From: Octopus sinensis
Taxonomy: Eukaryota
Length of the DNA: 64,000 bases
Assembly: GCF_006345805.1 (NCBI RefSeq)
Contig: NC_042999.1
Span: forward strand, 70,804,001-70,868,000
Direction: 5' to 3'
Shown here: one piece after another, positions 1 to 13,000 of the stretch
How positions within the stretch are numbered: position 1 is the first letter of the stretch
How the letters are laid out: each line of letters begins with the position of its first letter
The notes under the pieces: model-generated
Seen by the model: only the letters and a program-made list of their open reading frames with translations
Database searches by the model: none
Told to the model about the DNA's origin: nothing
Position numbers and translations under genes: made by a program

Positions 1-879
1 TGTACAGCCCTCCTCGTGTAATGCCAAGAGAGTTCATTAAATCAGATTTCTCTTATCTCTCTCTGTTTTTCTATCTGCTGATTTGTATGCGCTAATATAC
101 ATCCTCTGTATTCAATGCCCATGTGTAATATTCATGTAATGTTACACAGTGCACACATGTATATTACGCTTTGTTACCTTCCCTTTGAAAACCTCTTTGG
201 TGTTACCACTAGTTGTAGTAGTTTCTTGATGTTTTTTTACTTATTCTTGTTTTAGTTACTATGCTTTTGGAACACTTTTGTCTCATGTAATTTGTCACAA
301 TGAGTTGTTCATTGCTGATCTTATTGCAAAACTTATTTCAATCTGGCACTTATTTTGCCTTTTTTTTTTTTTTGTTAAACTGCTTTTTTAAAGGTCATAA
401 ACGTCAATCTTTTTTTTTTTAAATATTAGTCGAGTGTAAAAACATGCTCACACACAAAATTTATTTATAAAGATCATGGGCTTCTGTATAGTTTCCATTT
501 ACCTTATTGTTCTCACAAGATTGGTTAAGCTAAAGTAAAAGACACTCAAGGTGTCTCACAAATTGCATTCATAACCATGCGGTTGTAAAATAATCTTAAC
601 AACTACCTCAACACCCCACACTCTTCTATATGATGTGGCTATGGAAACTACATACATTATGGTTAATAAACATATTTACTCTAACTTTGGAAATATAATC
701 TCCAGATAAACCACAGAAAGAATGTAGCTTGCCTAATTTCATATTTTTTAATAATCATCATTCATGTTTACCTCATCAGTCACTTGCTGAGATCCAGAAT
801 AATATATTTTATACAACATCTAACAAACTGTCATAGGTATGTTGTTAATGAGGTTGTTATATATGTTGCCTTCTCTGTC

Positions 880-1400
880 ACTTGCTCACTCACCTGTCTA
901 TTCGCCCTTGTCCACTCACTAATCAAACCTTGGTCACACATACTTACTCACTCACTCATGCTCTTTAATTCACTTACTCACTCACTCAATTACTCTTGCT
1001 TGCTCGCTCATTCACTCTTGCTCCCTCATTCACGCACTCTTGCTCACCTATTCACTCACTCACTCTTGCTCACTCATTCACTCTTGCTCACTCATACTCT
1101 CTCTTGCTCACTCATTCACTCTTGCTCACTCACTCACTCACATGCATTCATTCACTCACTCTTGCTTGCTCATTCACTAACTCACTCTTCACTCATTCAC
1201 TCACAGTCTTGTTTGCTCATTCATTTACTCTTGCTCACTCATGCCCTCTTACTCACTCATTCTTGCTTGCTCATTAACTCGCACATTTAGTCTTGCTTGC
1301 TCACTCACTCACTCTTGCTCACTCTTGCTCGCTCACTCACTCTTGCTCGCTCACTCACTCTTTCTTGCTCGCTCACTCACTTAGTCTCACTCAGTCACTC
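880..1400. repeat. Degenerate CTCA/CACTCACTCTTGCT tandem repeat
   Basis: Repeated cactcactcttgct-like units read directly; produces the spurious His/Leu/Ser/Thr ORFs at 784-1508. Confidence 0.9.
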
Positions 1401-2409
1401 TTTGTCACTCTTCCTTTCTCTCTTCCCTCTCCCTCTTACTCTCATGCAAATAAACTCTTCTCCACATACCAAGTCCACCCCTCTTTTACTTCAGTTGTAA
1501 ATTTATGAGTATTGGTCCTAAGTACTCTACAGTATTAGTTTTGCCCTTTTCACTTCCAAGGTCTGGAATTAGTTTTGTCTTTTATGCTTTGTCTACTGTC
1601 TTAGCTTGGTCATTTGAGAGTTGATAAAGTAATTCCTAATGCAGAGTTATTGTCATAAGCTAATACTCCAGGTTACTGGAGTTGGAATCAATAAAAATGT
1701 GCTAATTCTGACTGTCGTTTTGAATCATTCAACACACTGGAGAAGCATTTATTTGATATCAAGCATGTGTTTGAATTAAAACCTTTTATGAAGATTTGGT
1801 CAACAAAAATATTTCACTCAGAGCTATTGGGTACAAGTGACACTTTTAGAAAGTCTACCACTAAACAGTTGCAATCTGAGGATTTAACATTCGTAAATTC
1901 TTGTTGGAATTGAAAAGCTTAGCCTAGGATCTGACAAAAGTGGAAGATTGATTGTTGAAGGCATTGTATCTTCAGTGACTAAAAGAGAGGCCCTGTTGCT
2001 GTTGTTTATATTGATCCAATGAGCAGATCTATGCTTGGAGCAAGCTTCCTGTGAAATGGGTGACATGGGTGTTAGAACAGTACTGTAGCAGATGGAGCAT
2101 AAAAGCCAAACAAGAGACGTAGAAAGTTTGGAAGATGATAAGCGAGATGTTATACAGATCTTCACTCCATAACAGAAGAGTTTAAAATCAACTGTCTGTG
2201 AGAACTCTTGTATGCTAAAGGCTTAGTTCTCATTGCTAAATGTCAAAAACTGAATGAAGAAATCCTGAATGTACAAGTAGAGACAATAATCAAGTGGTAA
2301 ATCTACCAAAAAAAAAAAAAAAAAGTTTTACTTGGGAGCAAAGAAGACAGGACTCTACATTTATTTGTGTACTGGCTTCATATACAGGACTCTACATTTA
2401 TTTGTGTAC

Positions 2410-3060
2410 TGGCTTCATTTGATATGTAGAAAGATAAGATTTCTATATGGTAAACTTAATGTAAGCTATGGATACAGAAGATGCAAAGGATTGGCAGGCA
2501 AGCTGACAGAAAACTTCATACATAGCAGATGCATAAAAGTGGTTAGCAGTAAGATGACCCATGAAATGAATTTTTAAAAATTCCTGGAAGGCTAGATGAC
2601 CTTATCAGCCATGGAGGTGAGTATTCCAAAATTATAGTTGTCACAGTGAGAACAAAAAATTGGAAAATGTTTAGTTATTACCTCTGCAGGTAATGAAGTA
2701 ATGAAATGATTACCTCTTGATGAAGTGTGATATTGTATGGTTGTGAAATATGGACATTAAATATAGAAGATGTGCAAAAGCAGGAAAGGAGAGAAGTAAG
2801 CATGCTCTGCTGGATGTATAATGTTAAGTGTAATTGCACAATTGAGCATAAATCGGAGTGCAAGAGAGGAGACTGCTTTGGTACAGACATTTGATACATA
2901 TTGAAAATGACAGTTGAGTAAAGAAGTGCCAAGCAATCCAGTGGAAGAAAATCTGCAGAAATTAAAGATTGACAAAGGCACGAGGGGGAGAGGTGCAAAT
3001 GGCAAAATTTTGTGCTGGAACAGGTGCTTGCAACCCATACAAGGATTGAAAAAGACATAA
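2410..3060 (+). mobile_element. Degenerate RTE-clade LINE, 3' part of ORF2
   Basis: Broken translation resembles the RTE ORF2 C-terminus (LYGCEIWTLNIEDVQK..., RRLLWYRH-like) and parallels the copy at 19560-21050; many stops and frameshifts. Confidence 0.6.
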
Positions 3061-3085
3061 AGTCATATATATATATATATATATA

Positions 3086-3479
3086 CTAGCAGTATCGCCC
3101 GGCGTTGCTCGGGTTGTAAGGGAAATAACTATATAAGCATTTTTAGAGAGTTATAGCCAAAAAATAGCAAAAAAATGCATTAAAAATTGAAAAAAAATTA
3201 AGGTAAATTTTTTTTAAATCATTGACACATCGTAGATATTTTTAGAGAGTTACTTCCCTTATATAAAAGCGAAAAAAATGCATTAAAATGGAAAAATATG
3301 ATGGTAAATTTTTTTTAAATCGTAGACTCATCGTAGACGCGCGCTAATACCCAGAAGGGCTCGATATGAATCACGACTATAAGATACCCGCTTTTGGTTA
3401 AACTGCACCGCAAAATGTGGGAGTAGTTACGAATCTAAATCGTAGGAGACAGACACACAACTTCACTCTTATATAAAGA
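3086..3479 (-). mobile_element. Non-autonomous Helitron
   Basis: On the minus strand it starts TC (3479-3478) and ends with hairpin CCCGAGCAACGCCGGG then CTAG (3089-3086), inserted between A and T; no TSD. Confidence 0.8.
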
Positions 3480-3480
3480 T

Positions 3481-3834
3481 GCTTTTTTTTTTCAGTCATA
3501 GAGTTAGATTTATGAAGGTCTTCAGTAGAAAATCCTTCGAATTCTGACTCGCTGCTTGATATAATGAAATTCGTATCCATTTTTTGTCAGAATTACAAAT
3601 TTTGAAAACACAATAGGAACAAATTTCGGAAAAAAATCTCCCATAATTCACGGAATTAAAATTACACTTCGATTTTTGTACAAAACTGTATTCTGGGAAC
3701 TGCACTTCCACTGACTAAGCCATAAAGAATGTGTCCTTTTCAGCTAAGCAGAGGTGTGGCTAAGAGATTTACTCTGATATTCTCATTTAAATATGAATAG
3801 GTAAATTCGGGCGGTTTGGTAACGAAAGGGTTAA
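3481..3834. mobile_element. Possible piggyBac-like MITE end
   Basis: Ends ...ggtaacgaaaggg|TTAA at 3831-3834; the matching left TIR is not seen. Confidence 0.3.
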
Positions 3835-3839
3835 ACGGA

Positions 3840-4350
3840 TGCATACATAACTATATATAAGTGTCGTCTGTTTATACATAAACACTGTTTCATACTTTCA
3901 GTTTAGTCTTCCTCAAATCACTCTGTCGCTATTTACTCTCTTCCAAGAACATTTTCACTCACTCTTATCTCTTAGCTTGCCATACATTTTACTCATGTAT
4001 CTATCAGCGTGATAGACAGAAACAAATATTACATCGCCATCGCATTCTATTGTCTACCTGTCAACACACACACAGTGAATTAGTTTCAGTTTATTCGTTG
4101 CACACTGTGTGTGTGCGTTTGTGTGTGCTGTAAACCAGACTAAGAAAAGCATTTGACATACACACCAGAATGTGAGTTTTCTGTAAATTTTGCTTAATTG
4201 GAGTTTAAATTTTAAAAACTGGACCTGGCATGACCCGATGCATTCTACTCTTAAAAATGCTAGGTAAATTGTAATTGAAGAAATCCTATATTGTAGATTT
4301 CTATAACTGACAAAGGGAGGCAGATAAAATCTGCCTTTTATAATAAGAGA
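3840..4350 (-). mobile_element. Possible second non-autonomous Helitron fragment
   Basis: Minus-strand 5' end a|TCTCTTATTATAAAAGGCAGATTTTATCTGCC at 4350; the 3' end is not defined. Confidence 0.3.
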
Positions 4351-5570
4351 TAATGGATTTCAGAATTAGTAGTGTTGGACAAAATACTTTTCTATTTGAA
4401 TAAGTATCTTTTTGTTTTGAGTTCAAATTGCACTTAAGTTGAATTTTCCTTTCATTCTTACAAAGTTGATAAAGTAAATACCAGTTAAGTACTGGGTTGA
4501 CATAATGATTAGGTGGTATCCAATGACTGAAACCTGTCAAAAAATAAAGATAAATAGAGGGGAATTGTAAAAAAAGAAGTTATTGATTTATAACCTTTAT
4601 TAGCTGTAAGCACATTAGATTTTGTTTGCTCATACTAATTACTTATCAATTACCTAATTTCTAGGCTTCTATATTTCTGCACTACCCTAATCAATTAACA
4701 AACAATTCATATTGATTTGATACTTTAAAAAAAAATCTAAATCATTAATAGATGGGCTAGTATGTTATTTGTCTCTTCTAATTATATGATGCATTAGTTG
4801 CCAATAAGTATATTAAGTTTGATTCATAAAACACAAACACACACACCACCACCACCACCACCACCATCCTTTTAAAGTCCATTTTCCATGCTGGCATGGG
4901 TTGGCTGGTTTGACATGGAGATGGGCAGCTGGGGAGCTGTCCAGACTACAGTTGTCAGTTGTGGCAAGTTTGTATGGCTGAATGCCCTTCCTAATGCCAA
5001 CCACTCTACAGTGTGCTGCTTGCTATGATTTGCTAAATTAAAATGATTGATTACTTCTAATTTGAAATGTCTTCTTCACCATTGTTTTATTTGTCCACTT
5101 TTCCATAGTTGCATGAGAGTTAAATAGAATTCATCGAGGCAAATTTTCATTGGCTGAATGTTCTTTCATGTTACCAACCCTCACCTGTTTCCTCATGGCT
5201 GGCTGGACATGTTTATGCAGAAAAGTGGAAATAGACAAAAGCCTACCCACACATGCACATACGTTTCTTTCTGTTTCCATCTACCACATTCATTTACAAG
5301 GTTTTTGTTGATTCTAGTTCTGTAGCATAAAACACCCAAAGTGCTATGCCTGTATATCATGATAAATATGTAGGCTTGTACCAGTATACTATCATAAATT
5401 TTTGTCTGTTTACACTCCCAAACCTCAGCCATTAGTAAAGAGGTTTGGAGGAATTGAGCAGTTCATGCATCATGAGTATGGCAAAAGTCCAGTTTTTGTT
5501 TTAGTAACAGTATTAAAAATGTATTAGTGTTTTTTTTTATTGCCATAAGGGGTACACAGTCCTTTCTGCT

Positions 5571-5775
5571 ATAGGCACAAGGCCTGAAATTTGGTGGGAG
5601 GGGGATAGTCGATTATATTGACCTCAGTACTTAATGGCTACTTATTTCATTGACCCTAAAGAGATGAAAGGTAAAGTCAACTTTGGCAGAATTTGAACTT
5701 AGAATGTAAAGGCAAATGAAATACTACGTAGCATTTTGTCTGGTGTGCTAACAATTCTGTCAGCTCACCGCCTTA
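5571..5775 (-). mobile_element. tRNA-derived SINE, family 1
   Basis: Reverse complement matches the copies at 37715-38370 and 62420-62625 (gagttcaaattc B-box-like head; ggccttgtgcctatagtagaaagg 3' end). Confidence 0.8.
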
Positions 5776-7001
5776 AAGTGGGGTACACAATGATGTGATT
5801 TATTATATACTCGATTAATTACAGTTTTCTTTTTCGTTACTGATTTTCTAGTCCCTTGTCAACAGTTATGTTGTTGTCCTGTGATCAAAAGTGTAACTAA
5901 TTTGCCTTTTTTTTTATATATCACATTGTCCAGCGTATCCTTCTTTAATACATTAGGTTGTGATTTGGTGAACTTTGGCTACCATTTTTAACAGAGTGAT
6001 TGCATAAAAGCTATCTTGGAGTGCCACTTGTTTTTTTTCTTCTTTTTTTTCTCATTTTCTCTCTTCACAAACTAGAGGGTTTGAAGCTAGATGAATTGTT
6101 GCAGATTCCAATTGTTGGTATTCTGAATTCTTTATACTTCAACTTAAATTTGAATAATAAAATGTTAACTGAAAGGAGTATTGGTCAGTTAGTGAATGGC
6201 TGGTGGTTCATATTCTGCTGCTGCACTGTGTTCATGGTTAAAGCAACTTTTCTATCTAGCAGAAAGTGAATATTCACCGTAAGATAACATTTATTGATAG
6301 TGTCAGCATTGTGAAATTGATGTTTTATTACTTTGCATGTCTGTCTAAAGTTGTTTATGTGAGAATAGTTTTCAGATGGGTATCTTCACTATCAAATTCA
6401 TTCACTCTAGATGTGCATTGTGAAGGCAAAATGGTTTCAGTTGTGCCTAAGGAAACTGTTTTAAAACTTGTCAGATTCTCAGCCTTAGCTCAAATGTGTG
6501 TGTATTTATCCAAATATTTTACCCAACTATTTTATAAATTTCCTCATAACCTAGATTATCAGAAAGCTTTGTTGAATTATACTCTTAGTTGTCTACATGT
6601 TTGTTTCTTGAATTTAAGTCTTAATTTTTAATCTGTTAGGTGAACAGTCTCATTAAATAAACTTTATTATTTTCCCCCTATTTGTGTAATTATAATAATA
6701 ATAATAGTAATTTTATTTTTCTAGAACTCTTTCACATAAAAAAATGTATGTAGAATTAATATATTTTTTGTTCTTATTTCACAGTAAAAACACAAATGAT
6801 TTTATGTGCAAGCATACAATTATAGCACATTTATGTGTTTGTATGTTGGCAATTATAAAACTGTATTTGATTATGCTTTTTTTAAATAAACAATTAGCAA
6901 TTTTACCTAATGTTAGCTTTTTCACCTAATGTACAGCATTTTCTTGCTCTTCTCATTTGGTGATTTGTATTCCTACTGGACTCTTTTCTTTTTCTGTCCA
7001 G

Positions 7002-7155
7002 AAATGAAGGAAGAATACGAGGATTGTACAAAGGATTTCCAGTCTACATGGTTCATGTCACTCCCAACATATGCATCGTTTTACTAGTTTACGAGTACAT
7101 CACTTCACTTCATCAGGCGAACCATTCAGTGAAATCAGACCAATGGAAAACTTGA
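7002..7155 (+). CDS. SLC25A32: Terminal coding exon A of a mitochondrial carrier, variant H6 of SLC25A32 type: (R)NEGRIRGLYKGFPVYMVHVTPNICIVLLVYEYITSLHQANHSVKSDQWKT*
   Basis: Strong acceptor ctcttttctttttctgtccAG (AG at 7000-7001), phase 2; carrier motif EG..GLYKG followed by a hydrophobic helix VTPNICIVLLVYE; TGA at 7153-7155; aligns residue for residue with exon B apart from one inserted residue. Too short for the supplied ORF track. Confidence 0.8.
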
Positions 7156-9849
7156 AACGGTAACAAGGTCTGTGTTAAAAACAAACAATAAATAGATTGA
7201 AAAAAAAAAAAAGAAAGAAAAAAAGGGAAAAAATAAAGCAAAGAAAGAAAGCAAACATTCACTGGTCCTTCAGATGCTGCCCTTCTCAAAACATTGAAAT
7301 TAACCTGTCTGAAAGGGCATAGTTGACCTATTTTATTAACCTAGTTTTGACAAATATCATTACTAAAAGTCATTTATGTCATTTTCATTAATTTTGTCTT
7401 TCACATTTAATATTTTGTTTCACATTATTATTATTATTATTATTATTATTACTACTACTACTACTAATCATCATTATTTATATTAATAAAAAAGAAAGAA
7501 TTGCATGTATTTCTTTTCTTTTTTTTTTTCGGTTAAAGCTCCTCTTCATGCTCTTAAACCAATGACCTTTTCAGATGAATCATTAGATGAACATTTTTCG
7601 ATATATTCCTGAAGGGTGGGGGTGGGATACATAGCTATCTCCAATAGCTAAATATCATTAATTGTACTTTTAACTGCAACATTTCCTCTAAAAGGTACTG
7701 CTATCCCCCAAACACAAAGTTAATAATATTAATAATAATGATTATAGCGGTAATAGCAATAATAACGGTGATAATGATAGCAATGAGAATATTAATAACA
7801 ATGCTGATGACTCTATTAGGTAAATTCCTTTAGTTTTATTGAAAAAATAAATTGCTGATAATAATAATGATAATAATAATAATAATATTTGCAAACTATC
7901 ACCTGAGCATGAGGTTTTACTCTCTTTGCTTCTGCATCTTTCAAGGTCTTGGCTGATATTTATTTCTTCTCACACAGTAAGATTTCTTGCTTAACTTTGT
8001 TTCTTTTTTTTTTAATGTTCGTAAACTTTTATCACATCAGAATAACCTCCTTTTCCAGTTCCTTCATATCGCATTAAAAAATCTTACTGAAAGTAAAATA
8101 AAATATAGCATGATTTGAGCTGGATGGAATGGAAAGAAGTGTCATTCAAAAAACAAAGAAAACCCACATGAATTTAATTTCATTATTGTTAGAGTTCATT
8201 TTATTTATGTATATTTATCATAGGATATATTATGATTTTAGTAGTTGTCAAATTTGATATCATAACCAACTCATTCATTTCACTACCCCACTCACCTTGT
8301 AGTTATATTTTATTTGTTTAAACTCAATATATTTATGACTATTAGTTTCACCAATAATTCTTGCTTTTAAGCAATAATAAACCCGTGCCTTTATAAGGTG
8401 TGTAGTTTCTGCTACGTAGTTGAATATCTAATATGTTATAGACTTTGGTAATCCTTTTCTTTTAACTGTTTCTTTTTAAAGAATTTATCAGTGTTTTGTT
8501 TCAATGTATCTGCGACTTTTCTTAGCCATTCCACCATATTATTACCCATTAACAATGACAATACTGTAAGCTATGAAACTGGTTTGTGGTTCACCGAAAT
8601 CTATGTAGGGTTTTATGAAGTAGTTGTACTTATCAGAAATGTATATTTTAAAAAATTGAAGTGTTTGTGTATGTTAGACTATGTACATGCATTCTACTGA
8701 TGATGTTTTAATAAGGTTTCGAGTGGGCAAAAGCCAAGTTATTGAAGGCTTGATGTTCAGTATATTCATTGATCTCAGACTTTTGAGGGAAGAAAATGAA
8801 AATATGACATTGATGATTGTTTTATGAATAAAAATGTGTTATTTTCTGCCACTTGTGTGAAGTAGGAATAATAGCAATTCTTTTATATATGTGCAATGCT
8901 TTAAATTGTCAAGAAGGAGCAAAACTACTTCATGCTTGGTGCCTCAGAGAGAAGACAGACAATAATATTCTCACACACAACTGGTTGTTAAAGGGGAAAT
9001 GCTTTGTTAATTACATCAAGTACAATATATTGATGGTACTTGTTTAATAAACCTTGGAAGGATGACAAGCAAAGCTAGACTTTGCCGTGATTTGAAGATA
9101 TAAAATGAAGTACTGTAAAACATTGAATCAAGCGCTATATTGTGCTAATCATTTACCTTTGTTAATATTGGAATTTAGAAGTGAATATATAGATTTGTGG
9201 AGTTGGAATCAGTAAAGCACATGTCTTCTGTTCTCAGTTAAAATCTTTTTACTGGTACTTGTTTACCAGTAATACGCTAATTAATTATGCTCTTTCTTTA
9301 CCAAAATTAACCTTGTTCCCAATCAAATAAACCTATAATATAATTACAATGAGAACTGTAGAGTTAATAAACAGGTTAGTTAAAATTAAAGTGACTAGTG
9401 TGATTACAAACAAGAATTAGATGTGAGATAACTCCACTTATTTACTAATTTTCTATGGGAAAAGTATGAATGTCATATATTTCATTCTCTCTTTATAAAT
9501 CTGAGGCACCATAATGTCATTATTAATAATGACAATAATGTGATTATTTCTTTATTTTTTAATTAGCCCTGAAGATAATTGTTATTGTCTGGGTTTTGAA
9601 ATCTTGACACTAATAATTTTGTTTTAACTTTTGAATGGAAGTAGCTTTATAAAAATATTCTTTTAAAAATGTTCACAGGCCTGATTATGTGGTTAAGAAG
9701 TTTGTTCTGCAACCATGTAGTACTAGGTTTTGCTACACTAGGTTTTCTGCCATAGTCTTGGTTTGATCTGTACCTTGTAAGTGGAATTTGCTAGATATAA
9801 ATTGTGTTTAGAGCATATTGTGTGTGTGTGTGTTTATATAGCTTACCCA

Positions 9850-10080
9850 TATTATATTGGTGAAGGAGTAAACATCAGCAAAAACTGGTGCTATTCAAAT
9901 GAAGTCTTTCCCACCCAGATAATAGATGCTCTCCTCTTCCACTCTGTCTTCTCTCATTGTCAGAAATGTAATGAAGCAGTCATTAACCATTGGAAACCAG
10001 TAACCAACAACATCATTATTCACAAACAAACGAATAAAAGTTACCAAGCAATTGGTGAGTTATTGGAATTTAAAAAGAAA
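9850..10080. mobile_element. Possible Tc1-like transposase fragment
   Basis: Translation IIIHKQTNKSYQAIGELLE resembles a Tc1 N-terminal HTH; degenerate, no TIRs seen. Confidence 0.3.
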
Positions 10081-13000
10081 ATAAAAGCCAAAAAGAACTA
10101 CAGACAGTTTTACTGGTTGGCACTAGAAAGAACCCTTTTAAATGTATAAAAGCATGCAGGGTGTAGTGTTTAAGATCATAATTTTATTGATAGCAACTTC
10201 AGTTTTGCTCATTTTTTTTGTGTCTTGTTAGAAATAAGGTGAGTTAGGATTGATGAACATGTCATTATTTAATTTGGGAATGTTGCTTTACTTCATACTT
10301 TGAACAAGCTACAATTTGGGGAGCTTATCCATCCCGCTTCTTTGTCAGATGGGGATGACTTGACTCTGATTTCCACTTGCTTAGTGTTTAATATAATGTT
10401 TCTTTTCTCTTATTTTTTGTTGTCATATTTTGCATTTAAAGTGGGATATTGTTTGTATTGTTTTTCATCCTTTGACCTTCAGGAGTTTTTCAATATTTTA
10501 AAATATATATAAATTTTCGGCAACATTTTCTAAACATTAATGCAGAAAAGACTCACAGGTTACATGTTGATTAAACACCTTTAACTCAGTGCTTCTTTAT
10601 GGTATTGTTTGTAGTTGGTTAGTTTGTTTATATAAATGTTAGGGTTGATATTTTGCCATCTATGTCTTGTGTACTAAACCTTACAGAAATTGTATATACA
10701 TATCTCTCTCTCACACATGCATGTGTGTACACATACACACGAATATATCCATTTTCATAAAACAAGAAGCTCTGAGTAATGTCAGTCTAAACAAATTTTG
10801 CATGTATTGGATGAGATATCTTCCAACTATGTGTGTGTGTACCTGTATCGTTTTCTGAATAAAGGTAATGTATGTCTTAGGTGTATAAGTGAATCCAAAT
10901 AACAAATCCATTTGTGACATAAATCTTATTTCTATGATGGCCAGCTGAAAATGGGTACATATATGTTGTATGTACTGTATTTCAATTTTATGGCTTTGAT
11001 TTTTTTTGAGACAGCTTGCTCTGTCTTTAGCACCAAGACTTTCTCTTGATTGTGTATGTGAATATATGTATGATGCATACATACACACGCGTTTAGTTTG
11101 GATAGAATCTGTACTTTAAAAACTTTGTAGATTTTATGCTGCTGGTGGCAATAATAACAGTGGGATTTGAAATCAAGGAACTTTATTCTTTTGTTTTGTG
11201 ATATTTATTTTCAAATGTACATATAGCACTGTATATTCAATACTCTTCAAAAGTTATTTCAACACAAGTTTTTCTTTTTTTCATTTTCACACAATTTTTT
11301 AAAGAAATTTGTCTATTTTAGAGTTTCTGTATTGTTTGTATTTTATTTCATTTTGCTATAGTAGTTTGTTAAACATTTACAACTAGTAATTTTGGTTATT
11401 TTAATGCACTTTTGTCTTATTGGTATTTATTGCTAATAGATCTAACTAATCTTTGGAAACAAATGGTTAACAAGTGAAATCAAGAAGCAAATGTAGCTTG
11501 CAAATTTAATTAATCAATTAACTTAATGTTGTTTGCATCATATAAACTGACAAAAATTATGGAGTTAGAAACAGTTGTCATCAGCTGTATATAACCAGTC
11601 TGTTCCTGATTCCAATTTGTAGTCACTTCATTCCTTATATGATTAATATATTAGGGAAAGGGATGCACTTTTGCTTATCCTAAATCTCTTTGCTTATGCA
11701 TATGTGTTAAAAAAAGTTTTACAAAATATAATTCCATAACATATATTTAATAATTTCTTGGGAATTTTTTGTAGTCTGAGAAATCATGGAATTTAATAAT
11801 TACAAATATTAAGAAATATGGTACAGATATTTTTGAGAATGACAATTATGTTTTTAGTTTCATTCCATTTTCTCTACAAATCTGATGCCTTATGTTTTTA
11901 TAGAAAATCATCTGGAGAATTGGTTTGACAATTTTGGCCAGTCATGTCTTTGTGAATGGTAACTGTGGCAGCGTTCTTTGCAAATTGCTTTTTCAAAATA
12001 TGGTTTTAAAGTGTATACAGGTACATTTAAAGATTTATTGTCAATGCTAGTCAATATATAAAGTATGATGATTTGCCAGCTCCAGTCATTCCTCAATTTT
12101 GACTACTTTGGCATATTTAACACTCATAACATCACTTCTATCTTATCTTAGAAGAAAAGTTTTTGTCTTTATTGTATCATAACATTATGATGTAATATTT
12201 TATAGTCTATAAAATAGGTTCACTAAGGTGAGTTGAAAGAGTACTTTACAAATTTGTAGTGTTGTGTACAAATCTTACAATAGATCTAGCTTGGAGAGAG
12301 ATGGACCTTTTCATACTTGATTTTAGGCTTTTAACATGAAGTTTTCAGTAGTGTATTAATGACTCAAATGATTATGGTTATGGGATGTATGTATTCAAGT
12401 TCACTTATTCTTGCCAAACGTAACACAGTAAAAACAAAACATTATTTTGAATTTGGATAGTTTTTCTTTGTATGGTTTGTTACCTTAAAATTAAACTCTA
12501 TGCAACCAACATGTTCAAGCACTGCATGAGTCTGGAGAAATTTGGGGAACTTATTCCAGATCTTTATGCAGGCTTCATATTTAGTGTCACAATTATCCGT
12601 CAGGGATCATCTTGTTTTAAATTTTAATATATTATCACCAGACTCTGTTCTAATCCTCTCTCTGTTTTGGCTGCAATATTTATCAAGCCAGGAACTTCTC
12701 CAAATAGTTATCCAAAATTAGTTTTGATAATATAATTTAGAACAATAATCACTTTGAAATACAACCCAGAATCTTTCATAGCTGTAGAGTTGTTATTTTT
12801 TAAAAAATTACTTTCCTGATGTCATTTTACTTTAGGATCTACTTCACTGGTGTAGAAAACACTTCAACTTTATATCATTCATAAGATCAGTGTTATTATC
12901 CTAGAATGCATTCATATACAAAATTTTGAAACTAAGAAAAATGTCGCTATTTGATTAGGGACCAATGCAGTGCAAATGGTAGGGAAACATTAGTTGTACT

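Noticed and set aside
784-1508. His/Leu/Ser/Thr-rich ORFs up to 168 aa
   Set aside because: Translation of a CTCA-type tandem repeat that is open in several frames; no splice or domain support.
6000-6929. ORFs just upstream of exon A as the missing penultimate exon
   Set aside because: No YPYQVVR.RLQ-type carrier motif; the penultimate exon is not visible in the window.
7002-7155. Exon A as a processed pseudogene fragment
   Set aside because: Homology begins exactly at an intact acceptor, the frame is open to a natural stop, and no upstream exon sequence is fused to it.
7156-7170. Possible splice donor cg|gtaaca after exon A
   Set aside because: Lies just after the in-frame TGA and is a weak match; it would not make exon A an internal coding exon.
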